A stretch of 63,853 nucleotides of DNA, the filler included, from Octopus bimaculoides (taxonomy: Eukaryota): NCBI RefSeq assembly GCF_001194135.2. It is 8 parts of 6 records of this genome, joined end to end, with 100 filler letters (N's around TTAATTAATTAA, not from the genome) between each part and the next. Parts side by side here need not be neighbours in the genome. Positions count along the whole stretch, not along the records: positions 32,656 to 54,056 come from NC_068982.1; 7 more parts are not named here. One strand, 5' to 3'. Below are positions 37,042 to 50,159 of this stretch, piece by piece. The position numbers were made by a program, and so were the translations under genes. The notes beneath the pieces are model-generated. The model did not search any database and was not told the origin of the DNA. It saw only the letters and a list, made by a program, of their open reading frames with translations. Numbering within the stretch: the first letter of the stretch is position 1; each line of letters starts with the position of its first letter.

Positions 37042-38327
37042 GTATGAATCTGTAACAAGACCTGATCCACCAACTTCTTGTACCATATTATTTTAAATAC
37101 CTACATTCTTTTCTATTAGATAGAAGGAAGTGAATTCACTATAACAGTTCAAATATATTACATGTACTATATTTTACAGACATTCTCTCTCCTATTACAA
37201 TATAAATTGAACTTGGAATTAGATACTTAGCCAAAGATTCTGTAAAACATACTGCTTGTTTTTTTGTGTTTATGCTATTTCCACAGCTCTATTTTTGTAA
37301 CAATGTTATTTAGATATTATGAGGGCTAAATCTACATTTGTTTCTTAATTTTAGCTTAAAAGCTATTTTTATGCAATTTTTATTGCTTGTTAAAACAAAT
37401 TGGTTTATTTCTCCCATATGTATGACACAAATAAGATTGCCCATATTTCCATCCATTCATTTTCACACATATGTATATTTTTATGTGTATATTGTACCTC
37501 TATTTTTGTGCTTAAATTTTTTCTCCATAAAACTGGAGCAGCATTCTCAGTAAAAGAAAAAAGTAAATCGCTGTTGTTGAAACTTAGAATACCATGTAGA
37601 CACATTCTCTTGATTTGAAAAATATTTTGAATATTTTAATGTTCTCATTGCAGAATGAATTTTTCTAAAAACATTTGTTGTTGTCTATCCCTGGTCAGCA
37701 TTGATTTAGCAGTCTTACTATTAAAAGCATTCTAGCCGTGACATTTTGTTTTTATATTCTGACATAGTGTATCTAGAACTACATTATCCAATGTTCTACA
37801 CTTTCTAAGAAGAATATTTAGCTTCTATTTCTATAAGGCTGAATGACCACAAAGAGGATTACTCATTGGTTTGATATAGCTAAAGTGTAAACATGTAACA
37901 TTACTAAGTGCACCATAGATTTATAGATACAATGTCAGCTTAAAATCAATATGTAGTCATTGTAATCTCTAATTTGTGTGTGTGCATGTCAGTGTGAGTG
38001 TCTATGGGGCTACTGAAAACATTGGTACATTGTCATAATTCTCCATCAAGATTATTTGTTTTACCAACATATGTTATGTATAAATATTCTTCAATGTTAT
38101 TTTTAAAAATTGGCATATTGAAAGGGCGTTATTCCTTTTTAGAATTTTTCATTTTATGTTTAGCATTTCATTAATATCATTGTGATAAGTGATTGTTTGT
38201 TGATTGGGCTTTGTTTAAGTGGCATCATAGTTCAGCATTATGTATGAGGCTACTGTAACTTGCTTGTTTCTTTGCTATTGATATCTATGTTAGGTTATGT
38301 AAAATACTTTGTATTTCGACAGTGAAA

Positions 38328-38388
38328 CCTAGCTCTTTTGTTGATGCCTCAGTGTAATTACTGAGATATCAACAAAAGGAGATGTAGG
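38328..38388. ncRNA. Pre-miRNA-like hairpin candidate
   Basis: cttttgttgat-gc-ctcagt / actgag-at-atcaacaaaag: 19-20 pairs with one mismatch, 6-nt loop, basal ccta/tagg. Confidence 0.3.
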
Positions 38389-39108
38389 TCTGATTTTCAC
38401 AAGATTCACTTTTCATTTGCTTTCATCTTAGCTTTATATGCACAATTTTCTGTTGGGTTATTGTGTTGTTGTGTTAGTGGCTAGCAGAGATTAGCATAGC
38501 TTTCAGCTTCAGTAGTCACATCATTATTGTTTATTCTAAGAGAATAATTTTTTAATTTCATGCATAAAGGTGATTTCAATATTAAGATTTTGGTGTTGAG
38601 TGAAAGATCAGTAAACAGAATATTATAGCGTGTTGGTACTTCATGTTGTGTTGTGTTGTGAGTGGTGGTGGAAGTGAGAAATATGGTGATTAGATGTTTG
38701 ATTAAAGTACTGACTGTATGTGAATGCATCATTGTGGTTGGAATTGAGTGTGTCTGTTGTTACTTGTGTTTACTTGTATGTATTTTATACATGTTTATAT
38801 TGTGCAGTGTCTCTGAAGAATTGTTCTGGTTTTGACGGAAACGTGTTTGTAATTATTGCATTGGAATGTTTTTGACAAGCAATGATTGAGTGATAATATT
38901 GTGACTTTTGGTTTGTGTGAAGTGAGATTTTTATGGCTCTATTGTTTTAAGTGCATGGTTATATTGAAACATAAAATGTGTTGCTTATGTAGAAATTGTT
39001 ATGGGATTTGGTGAATTATGGTGTTTGGAGACACTGGAAAGAGGGGTTCCTCAGGTCTGGTAACTGGAGACTAGTTTATCTTGAGGTCTTTGATTTTTGT
39101 TTTAACAG

Positions 39109-39169
39109 TGAACAATTAAAGAACATTGTGTCTTCAGGACTGCAGAAATCTCAGCTCTTAAAAATCTAA
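39109..39169 (+). CDS. Candidate exon C (to stop)
   Basis: tttttgttttaacag acceptor; T|GAA...ATC TAA gives (N)EQLKNIVSSGLQKSQLLKI*, phase-compatible with exon B. Confidence 0.2.
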
Positions 39170-40100
39170 CACAGTCTCCATGTACATTTAGTGAATTAGC
39201 TGTTAGAAAATATGGGCAACTCAACATTAGAATCAATTAGCAGATCCTGAGTTATGCACTTTATTTTATATTTCAACTGTAACATCCTCTAAAAAATTGT
39301 CTGCTTTTTATTCTGGTATGGACTATATGGATCTGCAACACAGCAAACCATGAAATGTTACAATAACACTGAAAAAATATTTTTTGTACCCTGCAAATTA
39401 GACTTGTAAAGTTTTCCAAAATTGAAATTTACCATCAAAAGCTCAATCACTTCAATTTAAAATTTTTGCAATGAGTATTTTATGTATAATGCTATTAAGT
39501 ATGAATCTATTAAGTATGAATCTTACAAATTATATATTTTTTAACTTTGCTAATGTTGAGTTTGGTAACTGATCCTAGGATCTCTGTTCTTGCTTGGAAA
39601 TTGGGTTGTATTATTTGAATATACCTGTGTATGTGCCAGTGAATGCTGGTAGTATTTAAATCCTGGACAGAACATTCCAAAGTTACATAATTTTCTTTTT
39701 TTATCAGACCCCCCAAAAAAGGGGTAGTGTTCTTAATCCTTTCAAGCACATGCATTTGATTAGGTCAATGCAGTTGATGTTCAGTTTGGATATTTTATAG
39801 ATTTTTGAGAGGATAACATGGGGAGGGGAGAAGAGAGAGAGTTTTCAATTGTTGAAAGGACGGAGTTGGAGAATGTATCAGTGTAGAACCAAAACATTAT
39901 ATGGGTGATAGCAGGTGGGAAGACAGCTTCATTGAGTAGGTTTAGGCATGTAGTGCACTATTCAGAGCAGAGTAACAGAGAACATTGTAATTTTGCTGCC
40001 TTCCTGTCTTTTGAACTAACACAGTAGACTAGTAGTAGAAACATTTTGGTAGATAATGGGTTAGTGCCCCCTCCCTCTCTCTTGTGTTTAAACACCTAAA

Positions 40101-40171
<71 letters not shown>

Positions 40172-40199
40172 GTAAACACACATACATATTTTGAACATT

Positions 40200-40814
40200 G
40201 GGCCTCACCAAGGCGATGACAAGTGACTGAGACCTTTGGAGATCTGCTGTACTTGAGAAGACCCGGCAAACCAAGTGAGACTGTAACTGGCCTATGCCAG
40301 TGCAGCATAACCAGCCCATTTAAGAGCACCCTTCAATCATTGGGCAATAAACTGCGCTTGTGAAGACCTGTTGAGGCAAGGCAAATGAAATCATTGTCAT
40401 GGCCTATGACAGTACCACCTGATTGGCACCCATGCCAATGGCATGTAAAAAGCATCATTCGAGTGTGGTCGATGCCAGTGCTGCCTCATTGGTCCTGTGT
40501 CGGTGACATGTTACAAGCACCATTTGAGTGGGATTTGTTGCCAGTGCCGCCTGACTGGCTCCCGTGCTGGTGATATGTAAAAAGCACCATTTAAGCATGG
40601 TTGATGCCAGTACCGCCTGACTGGCCCTCATGCTGGTGGCATGTAAAAAGCACCCACTACATTCTCGGAGTGGATGGCATTAGGAAGGGCATCCAGCTTT
40701 AGAAAATTTGCGAGATTGTATTGGAGCCTGGCACAGCCTTCTGGCTTGCCAACCCTCAGTCAAACTGTCCAACCCATGCTAGCATAGAAAGCGGACTTTA
40801 AACAACAATGATGA

Positions 40815-40817
<3 letters not shown>
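40200..40817 (+). mobile_element. SINE family C (RTE-type 3' tail, internal ~60 bp tandem repeats)
   Basis: gccagtaccgcctgactggc...gtaaaaagcacc units; tail ccaacccatgctagcatagaaagcggac...(gat)n. Confidence 0.8.
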
Positions 40818-40860
<43 letters not shown>

Positions 40861-41145
40861 CAATATCTATGCTGGCATGGTTTTGATGATAATTGTATAA
40901 AATTTAAGATACTCAGATATGCATACATACATTGACATATATACATTTACATGTGTGTGGGTATACAGGGAGAGAAAAGGATGTGTAATTTTTTTTTTTT
41001 TTTTTGATAACTGCTTTAGCTGTTTTACACTGAGAGGAACGTTTAAAATGTTAGTATTTAGCAACTTTATCATTCCAGATTTGTAAACTGTGCATTAATG
41101 TAATATGCACTTGTTCCTTGTAGGGGGCTCAACAACCTTTCAGAG

Positions 41146-43575
41146 TGCAATGTTACTGTTATTTAATGTACATGCATTTGAATTTCCATACTTACTACTG
41201 GAACTGAATGGCACAACCAGAAGTAGTGTAAATAACTGTACAGATAACACATACAACTGTAACTGAATTGAAAAAGGCTTGGAAAACAACCAAATTTTTT
41301 ATAGGATGCTATTTAGAGTTGCAAATGGGAGAGCTGCTTTTCAATGAGCTGAGCTATGGCTATTGTAGTGAGAAAGGAAAAGTTGCATTGTGCATTCCCT
41401 TATTTTAACACTATGATTATTACTGGACAGGTGAAGCATGACCAAAATGTAAAGGAATTTCTAAAAGTCATCAATCAGAGACATCTGACACTTAACTAAA
41501 AAAGAATCATGAATTCCATTAATGTCACAGTTCTAGTACTACAGACATGTGATTAGAATATTACTGGAAAGAATTGCTAAAACAGATTCTTCAGATTGAG
41601 CCAACCGGTAGGAGATCTAGGGGTAGATCAAGAGTGAGTTTGTTGGATAATATCCATAGCCTCAGCTAGATGCACTTGGGAATCCAGCCAAGAAATCTAA
41701 TGGTGGTTGCTTCCTATAGAACCTTATGGAGGAATAGTGGCAGAAAAGATGGATGGATGGATACTTTGGGGAATGACATCATTAGGCCACATCTGTAGAG
41801 GTTCCATCCACTAAAAGAACTTCCAACTCCAGAAAATTCACAATCCTTAAGAAGGGCACTCAAGATGTATTGATATTATGCTGAGTGGATTCATGGGTTC
41901 TCTGCTAAAATCAACTGTTGACAAACACAAAAATGTTCCTATTAGGAAAGTAGGTTCTGAGAGCCTTTAACTTGCTAAAGAGAGAATTGGAAGTAACCAC
42001 CCTGCATTTAGTGGATGAAAGCTTACTCTTTGAGATAAAGTGTGATGCATCTGATATGACTGTTTTTACTGTCCTAAACCTAGGAGGATGGCCTGTAGCG
42101 TTTATGTCAAGGGTGCTGTAAGGAAATGATTTGTACTTCCACATTGTAGAGACAGAAACAACAGTGCAAATATCGAGCCATTATCTGGTATGATGCCACT
42201 TTGCCACAGTTACTGACAAAAAGTCAGTGGCCTTTATGTTTGATAATAGAAGGTTTACAAAGATAAAGAAGGCTAAAATTCAGGAATGGGGACTAGAACT
42301 TGCAGAATTTAGATACACAATGTAATATTGCCCTGCTAGTGAGAATATGGCTCCTGACACATTTACTTGAGTATACATCTATTAATTTTTTACGATCTCC
42401 ATGTTTGCTGACATCCACGATGGAGTATATCATCTATAGATATGTTGGTTACTACATTTTGTAACAGCAATGAATCTCCTCTTCTCTGTAGATGTGAGGA
42501 AGTCTTGGTCTGTGCTGAAGTAAGACCTCTGTTCATCCTCCTCCAGTACTCTTATCAAAGCAACAAAACCTGTGGAAAAGCTTAGATTGGACTTCAAAAG
42601 ATCTTGCCCTACTATTTCATATAATTCATATTTACTTATGATAGTTGATGAATACTTGCATTTCCCATTTGCTTATTTTTGTCCCAACATGCATGCAACA
42701 AAAGTGTTCAGATGTTCAGGTCTCTTGTTCAACTTTTGTGGAATGCCAAATTAAATACACTCTGATCAAGGCACTTTCTTCATGTCTAAGGATTTACAGG
42801 ATTATCTCTTCCAGAGGGGATTTGCATCAATTCATACTATTCTGTATCACTCTATTGGAAATGGACAAGCAAAAAGATTCAAAAGTACTATATGGAGGTA
42901 CCTGTAGAGAAGTATTGGGAATTAGTGCTTTTTCAGGTACTACTCTTCTAAAGATCACTATTGTCTCTAGCAACAGTTGCTACACTCCATGAATTTTTCT
43001 TTGCATTTCAATGCCATTCTTCTCTGGAAATTCAGTGCCCTCTTGGCTAATGACTAGTACTCCTCTGAAAATTCATGTGGAGCAATAAAAATGAACCATT
43101 AGTAAATCAAGTTGAACTACTTGACCGTAATCCAACTTACACAAGAATCGGGTGTCTAGATGGGCAGGCATCTACTGTTTCTGTTCATGATTTGTTATCT
43201 TGTCATGAACACCCTACAATCTCTACCTCTCTTTTGTGGAGCAAAATATAAACCTGATGGTATAAGACCCAAGTGATAAAGACGGTATAACATGCAATCA
43301 TGTGGAGTGGGGTGAAACAGCAACTCCACAAGAACTAAGGAGATCCAGTTTTGTATCCAAATCTCCTAATCATGGGTGGGAGTATCCCATAAAATTGTTC
43401 CTAAGCGGAAAGAGTGTAATATTACTATTATTTAATGTATGTATGTATGTGTGAGTTTCCATATTTAACAAGCGGAAGTAGTCTAGGTAACCATATAGAT
43501 AACACAATCACCTGTAACTAAACAATTGAGTTGAATAAACCTTGGAAAACAGCCATTAAGTTTTTCGTTATTACA
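41146..43575 (+). mobile_element. Internally deleted Ty3/Gypsy LTR retrotransposon with both LTRs, PPT and 5-bp TSD
   Basis: 5' LTR 41146-~41300 aligns with 3' LTR 43415-43575 (TGTAATA...TATTACA); CAGAG at 41141-41145 and 43576-43580; PPT aagcggaaagag 43403-43414; RT end (SLRRALKMY..YAEWI), RNase H (CDASD, PVAFMSR), integrase (LDFK, IVDEY, IHSDQG, GNGQAKRF). Confidence 0.9.
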
Positions 43576-44544
43576 CAGAGCTTAAATATTCAAGAGAAAT
43601 AAGCAGGTAGATGGTAGGCAGAATGCTAGTTGAAGATGTGGTGCGTGTTTCCATACTTGAAATATATACTGTTAAAGAGAGAGATGCTATTGTGTTTTAG
43701 AGCATTCAATTTGAAGGTGATAATAAGAATACTGATAATAAAAATAGTGTTATTTGTGGGCTTAAGTAATCAATATTCAGAATGGCCATGGCACTTGGAC
43801 TCACCATAGCCTATTGTTAAAAGCAATCTGCATTTCCTGTAAATCTGAAAGCTCAACAAGAATGTTTTTGAAAGCATCAGGCCTGGCTGACTACCTAGTG
43901 TTGAACAATCTCTTCATATCTGTTAGATGAGAGTTCCCATTGGATAATGCAGTTGAAAGGAAACCCTACTGATATGTAGAAGCAGACAGATTGTGCAGAC
44001 TTCGAATAAAACCAAAGTAAAATGCTACTTCTTTAAAAATCCTACAGCACATTGTCTGCCTAAAGTCAGTGAAAGGGCAACATGTGATGCATTCTAAAAG
44101 CTGATTCAGTTATTTAAGCCTTTCTTGCAGATCTTTGTGCATCTTGTTCCTTGTTGTTAGAATTCCCTTTACTTTGTATAGTAAAAATTAGAAGCAATAT
44201 CTTGATGCATAATATGATTTACATTTCTTAATATTTTTTTAATACAGATAATAGATTACATACTTGAATAATATATCATTTTCCAAAAATTCTTTGCTCA
44301 TAAAGTGGGAGCAAGTCTTAGAAATGTTGGGTTCGTCGCATATACTACATTTTACTACTATACTAAACTGTCATGGGATATGATGTATGTCTGATTTTTT
44401 TTTCACTCACTGTAGTACATATATTTACATTACTATTTTCAATTTTATTTAATTTTAATAATAAAATATTTTGGATGATTTTTACATTATTATGCTGAAT
44501 GAAAATAATTGTACACTGGGGAAAAAAAATTTCTCTTGATTATT

Positions 44545-44772
44545 CTTTTATTCTTTTACTTGTTCCAGTCATTTGACTGTGGGCCATGCTGGAGCACTGC
44601 TTTTAGTAGAAGAAATCAACCCCAGGTCTTATTCTTTGTAAGCCTCGTACTTATTCTATTGGTCTCTTTTGCTGAACTGCTAAGTTACAGGGATGTAAAC
44701 ACACCAACATCAGTTGTCAAGCAATGGTAGGGGGACAAACACAGACATACAAATATACATGCACACACACAA

Positions 44773-44806
<34 letters not shown>

Positions 44807-44958
44807 CCAACAGGCTTCTTTCAGTTTCTGTCTACCAAATTCACTCACAAGGCTTTGGTCTGCCCAAAGTTATAGAAGACACTCGCCCAAAGTGCCATGC
44901 AGTGTGACTGAACCCAGAACCATGTGGTTGGGAAGCAAACTTCTTACCACACAGCCAC
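44545..44958 (-). mobile_element. SINE family A, full length, CpG-decayed
   Basis: Complete tail-to-head match to the 50160 and 56543 copies. Confidence 0.9.
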
Positions 44959-45250
44959 AATTTTTCAAAGAATATAAATACAGTTATATATTACGTCATT
45001 GTATTCTATCAGCACTGATTTATAAAAAGGAAATTTAATATCTTAGATACAATTCAGGCTCAAGGTACCAGCAGCTTGAGCATTATTCTCATCTACAAAT
45101 TGTGAAGTGCATATAAAGATAAAAGTCGGAAATTTTGTATATTTGTGTATGTGTGTGTGTGGGTGTACATATATATAAATCAAGAGAAAGATAAATGATA
45201 GAAAATAGAATCAACTATATTCTTTATTTAAAATCACTACATTTGTTTCA

Positions 45251-45524
45251 GCACTTTTTACACTTGTATATTGGTGTGATGTTGTGTAATCATTACCATC
45301 CATCCAAGGTGCAAAATGTGCTTCCTGAGATGATTATTTAAATAAGTCCTTTGTAAAATCCTTTCACTCAGTGTAAGACTGCCATTCTCACTTTGAGTGA
45401 AATGATAGTAGGATTTACAAAGGACTTATTTAAACAATTACATGAGGAAGTGCATTTTATGCCTTAGCTCGATGATAATGATTACATAACATCTCACCAA
45501 TGTACTACATGTGCAAAAATGTGC
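45251..45524. repeat. Long imperfect palindrome (fold-back/MITE-like), arms ~110 bp
   Basis: 45251-45362 is the reverse complement of 45410-45524 (tttaaataagtcctttgtaaa(a)tcct / aggatttacaaaggacttatttaaa); inner stem ttcactca/tgagtgaa. Confidence 0.9.
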
Positions 45525-45715
45525 CATAACAAATGTAATTTTAAACAAAGTATATCATCTGTCATTTATCATTTATCTATTTATGGATACTGTGAAATTT
45601 CTGATGTATATCAAGTTGCAAGAACATTTTCATTTTATGATGACATCAGGTAGCCAATAACTGCGATTTAGCTTTGCATAGCATACTACAAGGCTTTTAC
45701 TCAAAACTTATTTAA

Positions 45716-45750
<35 letters not shown>

Positions 45751-46161
45751 NNNNNNNNNNNNNNNNNNNNNNNNNNNNNNNNNNNNNNNNNNNNNNNNNN
45801 NNNNNNNNNNNNNNNNNNNNNNNNNNNNNNNNNNNNNNNNNNNNNNNNNNNNNNNNNNNNNNNNNNNNNNNNNNNNNNNNNNNNNNNNNNNNNNNNNNNN
45901 NNNNNNNNNNNNNNNNNNNNNNNNNNNNNNNNNNNNNNNNNNNNNNNNNNNNNNNNNNNNNNNNNNNNNNNNNNNNNNNNNNNNNNNNNNNNNNNNNNNN
46001 NNNNNNNNNNNNNNNNNNNNNNNNNNNNNNNNNNNNNNNNNNNNNNNNNNNNNNNNNNNNNNNNNNNNNNNNNNNNNNNNNNNNNNNNNNNNNNNNNNNN
46101 NNNNNNNNNNNNNNNNNNNNNNNNNNNNNNNNNNNNNNNNNNNNNNNTATATATATATATT

Positions 46162-46680
46162 CTTTTACTACTTTACTTGTTTCAATCATTTAACTGCATC
46201 CATACTGGAGCACAGCCTGAAAGGGTTTTAGTCAAAGAAATCAACCCCAGGACTTATTCTTTGTAAGACTAGTGCTTATTCTGTCTCTGTTGTCAAACCA
46301 CTAAGTTATGGGGACGTAAACCCACCAACATATCGTCATTTAACATCCGTTTTCCATGCTGGCATGGGTTGGCTGGTTAGACTGAGGGCTGGCAAGCCAG
46401 AAGGCTGCACTAGGCTCCAATTTGATCTGGCAAAGCTTCTACAGTTGGATGCCCTTCCTAATGACAACCACTCCAAAAGTGTAGTTGGTGCTTTTTATGT
46501 GCCAACAGCACATATATGACGAGCTTCTTTCAGTTTCTGTCTACCAGATCCACGTACAAGGCTTTGGTTGGCCTGAGTCTACACTAGAAGACTTTTGCCG
46601 AAGGTGCCACACAGTGGGACTGAACCTAGAACCATATGCTTGGGAAGCAAGCTTCTTACCACACAGTCATGCCTTCACCT
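46162..46680 (-). mobile_element. SINE family A interrupted by a family C copy (46334-46511, minus)
   Basis: A tail 46162-46330, C insert, A head 46515-46680. Confidence 0.85.
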
Positions 46681-46805
46681 ATATAGCAATTGTTTCCTCA
46701 TCATAGATTTTTGACTGAGCCAGTGTTAGAAGTCATTATTATTATTATTATTCTGAATTAAAATCCTATCAGGGTCAACTTTGCCTTTCATCCCCCCCCC
46801 CCCCG

Positions 46806-47075
46806 CTGGACTGGCTCTTGTGCGGGTGACACAAGGTTTTTCGAGCAAGATGAGCGTGGCCGTTGCCAGTACCGCCTGACTGGCCTTCGTGCGGGTGACA
46901 CGTAAAAGCACCCACTACACTCTCTGAGTGGTTGGCATTAGGAAGGGCATCCAGCTGTAGAAACTCTGCCAAATCAGATTGGAGCCTGGTGTAGCCATCT
47001 GGGTTACCAGTCCTCAGTCAAATCGTCCAACCCATGCTAGCATGGAAAGCGGACGTTAAACGACGACGACGACGA
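46806..47075 (+). mobile_element. SINE family C, CpG-retaining (young) 3' part
   Basis: Ends catggaaagcggacgttaaacgacgacgacgac. Confidence 0.85.
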
Positions 47076-47893
47076 GGGATTGATAAAATAAAATACCAAT
47101 CAAATGTTAAGATTTATTTAATCAACTAACCTCCTCCTCTCAAGAATCACTGTCCTTATGTCCAAATTAGAAACATTGTTATTTTTTTGTTCATATTTGC
47201 TACAAGTAGTGAATCTTAATACACATATCTTCTATTCTTTTTTTTATCTCTTTCTGTTATTCATTATGATTGTAAAAGTCCTAAATGACTCTGTATACTC
47301 TATATACTCTATACTCTATATACTCTATAATGACTCATTCAATATCACTATTTTGCCAATTGTTGTTTTATTCTTCGACTTTTCACATGTTTACTTCTTA
47401 ATCATTAGATTAAGCATAGTTTAGAAGACCAGATACCTTGTTTATATCTTCAGAAGCGATAAAGGTAGACTTTTGTTTTTCATCAAAGCCTTATAATAGT
47501 TAAATGATAGTTAAATGAACACAGAGTTAAGTTTATAATCAGTTCCAGCTTATAAATAATTGATAACAGAATTAAGACAATAATATAAAAAGTGAAGAAA
47601 ATGAGTCTGCCTGAAATATTCATTTCTTAAATACTACAGATCTAAGACTTGACATTTGCATACAAACTGCTTCTCCATCTCAACATACTTGATAATGTCA
47701 GTTGAGCAAAATCATTGCCATAACCAATCATCTTAAATGTTTTGATATTTCAAGTATGAAGCTGTGAAATCATATGTGAAATCAACCTGTCATGCAAATA
47801 TTTTTAGTTATTTATACAATTTCTTATGTCATAATTGTTAATTAGTTCATAGTATTAAGTACTTAGTTTTTTTCTTTTCTCTCTACTGACACT

Positions 47894-48042
47894 GGCATGG
47901 CTATGTGCTAAGAAGTTTGCTTTCTAGCCATGTGGGTCCAGTCTCACGGCATTGTAGCTTGGGTAAGTGTCTTCCATTATAACCCTGGGCCACTCAAAGC
48001 CTTGTGAGTGAATTTGGTGGGCAGAAACTGAAAGATGCCTGA
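47894..48042 (+). mobile_element. SINE family A head, decayed
   Basis: ggctatgtgctaagaagtttgc...gccttgtgagtgaatttggtgggcagaaactgaaag. Confidence 0.75.
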
Positions 48043-48064
48043 CATATGGATAAAGGCTGGCAAG

Positions 48065-48965
48065 GAAACATTTTGTTTTATCACCATAATATCTTGATAA
48101 GTATATTATAGGTTTATTAAGTCAACACTGTGTCCTACATTTTTCAGGTGACGTTTCTAGATTTTCTATAGAATTCAGAGCTAGTATGTAAGTTAGGATG
48201 TTTCATAAACAAATATACCCAAGTAAACAATGCAATCAAAGACAGAAAAATAGGTAATGGGTGTATATTCTTATTTCAAGGATTCTTGTGCTCATTCATC
48301 TTAATAGTGTTTTAGGGGTAATCAAATGAAATATTGTTTGCCTTACAAGCAATTAGATATATGTACCAGTTGCCAGAAATGTGTTTAATATGCAAATTGG
48401 CTTATCCAATTATGTTACACCATTAAGCTTAATGGATATTTAAAGAATGTGTTCATGGATAGTTGGAAGGTTGAATGAGGTGCTGATGAGAGGACAGTAG
48501 TCATTGAGATGTGCATATACATCCATTACCTATTTTTTTATCTTTGATAACATTTTTTACATAAATGTATTTGATAATGAAGCATTGCAACTTACAGTGC
48601 TGACTCTGAATTCTATAGAAAATCTATAGAGATTTCCTTAAAAATGAAATAAAAGCACCATTAACACATAGTAGGACACAGTATTGACTTAATAAACCTA
48701 TAGTATACTTACTAGTGTATTATGGCAACAAAATGATTTACTGTTGCCTTGCAAACCATTAAATACATGTACCAGTTGTCAGGAGTGTGTTTAATATGCA
48801 AAATGGTCTATCCGGTTATGTTACACCATTAAGCCTAATGAGTATTTAAACAGTGTTTGTGGATAGTTGGTAGGTTGGATAAAGTGCTGATGAGAGGACA
48901 ATCATCCTCAAAATATGCATATACACCCATTACCTATTTTCCTAATTTTTAATCTTTGATTGCAT
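48065..48965. repeat. Composite direct + inverted repeat (B' ... A B A)
   Basis: A ~48334-48555 and ~48740-48965 direct; B ~48590-48740 is inverted relative to ~48065-48200. Confidence 0.8.
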
Positions 48966-48989
48966 TGTTAACCTAAAAAATGTGTGTGA

Positions 48990-49186
48990 GAGTGTGTCTT
49001 TGTGATTGTGTTTGTCCCTCACCACTTCTTGACAACCAGTGTTTATGTTCCCATAATATAGCAGTTCAGCAAAAGCGACTGTTAGAATAAGTACCAAGTT
49101 TTAAAATAATAAGCACTGAGGTTGAGTCATTTAGCTAAAACCTTTCAAGGTGGTGCCCCATTATGACAGAAACAAGTGAAAGATAA
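48990..49186 (+). mobile_element. SINE family A 3' half, decayed
   Basis: tttgtccctcaccacttcttgacaaccagtg...tagaataagtacc. Confidence 0.7.
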
Positions 49187-49384
49187 GGTTATTATAGGCT
49201 TGTAATTCTAAAAAGACTGATGCTTTTTGTCTTGGTCATTTATCTGGGTAATTGTTTCTCCTAACATTCTGTTACATACTTGATTTGAAGTGATGCAATG
49301 TAAAATGCTTTAACCAGAGTCCATGTATATAGGTGCAAGAGCTTTCTCTTTAGGAAAAATTTTCACTTGGAATTTCATATCTGT

Positions 49385-50008
49385 GATGTAAAAGCACTCA
49401 TTACTCTCTCGGAGTGGTTGATGTTAGGAAGGCCATCCAGCTGTAGAAACCATGCCAAAACAGACTGGAGTTCCGTTCAACCCATGCCAGCACGGATAAT
49501 GGATGTTAAATGATGATGATGATTACATTATCTAATATGTTTTTTACCCGTTTTTGAGACTGTAGGATTTGAGGGAGATTTGATTACTGTTTATAGCAGG
49601 TCAGTGATTACATAGAAACTCCCACATTATTGTTTATGCTCCTAACTTTGAAGTGACAAACTTTTAAATGTGTAAAATATACTTAGTTAAACCGTTGGCA
49701 AAACTAAAAGGTTTCTCAACACCACTCAATCATGGTAAAATACTTGTACCATCAGTGATTTTCCAAATTTGGTGAAGAACCTGAATGAAACAATATCAGA
49801 AGAGATTTTTTCCTCTATAATGCATTTAGAAGAATTGCAACAACCTTTTCAGAAATAAAGTGGTTGGCATTAGGAAGAGCATCCAGCTTTATAAACCTTG
49901 CCAAAACAAACACTGAAGACTAACACAGTTCTCAGGTTAGACACATCCTATTGAACTACCCAACCCATGCCAGTATAGAACACAAATGTTAAATGATGAT
50001 GATGATGA
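49385..50008 (+). mobile_element. Two short family C 3' fragments (~49385-49524 and ~49858-50008)
   Basis: gttaggaagg/agcatccagct...caacccatgccag...(gat)n tails. Confidence 0.75.
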
Positions 50009-50159
50009 CTAACAAAGAATTAAGTTGTGGGAACAAATACTGCACAGGATATTTTATTGGATAGCACTGGTTTAGGAGTTTCTTTGCTTATTGTTGCATC
50101 TTCTTCCAGTATTTAGTGACAAAATATGTGTGCATGCGCACACTCTTGTGTAGTTTCCA

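Noticed and set aside
48483-48894. Two CTGATGAG strings as hammerhead cores
   Set aside because: No stem II hairpin or downstream GAAA.
49763-49772. Isolated CArG (CCAAATTTGG)
   Set aside because: A single site in CpG-poor AT-rich sequence is within chance expectation.
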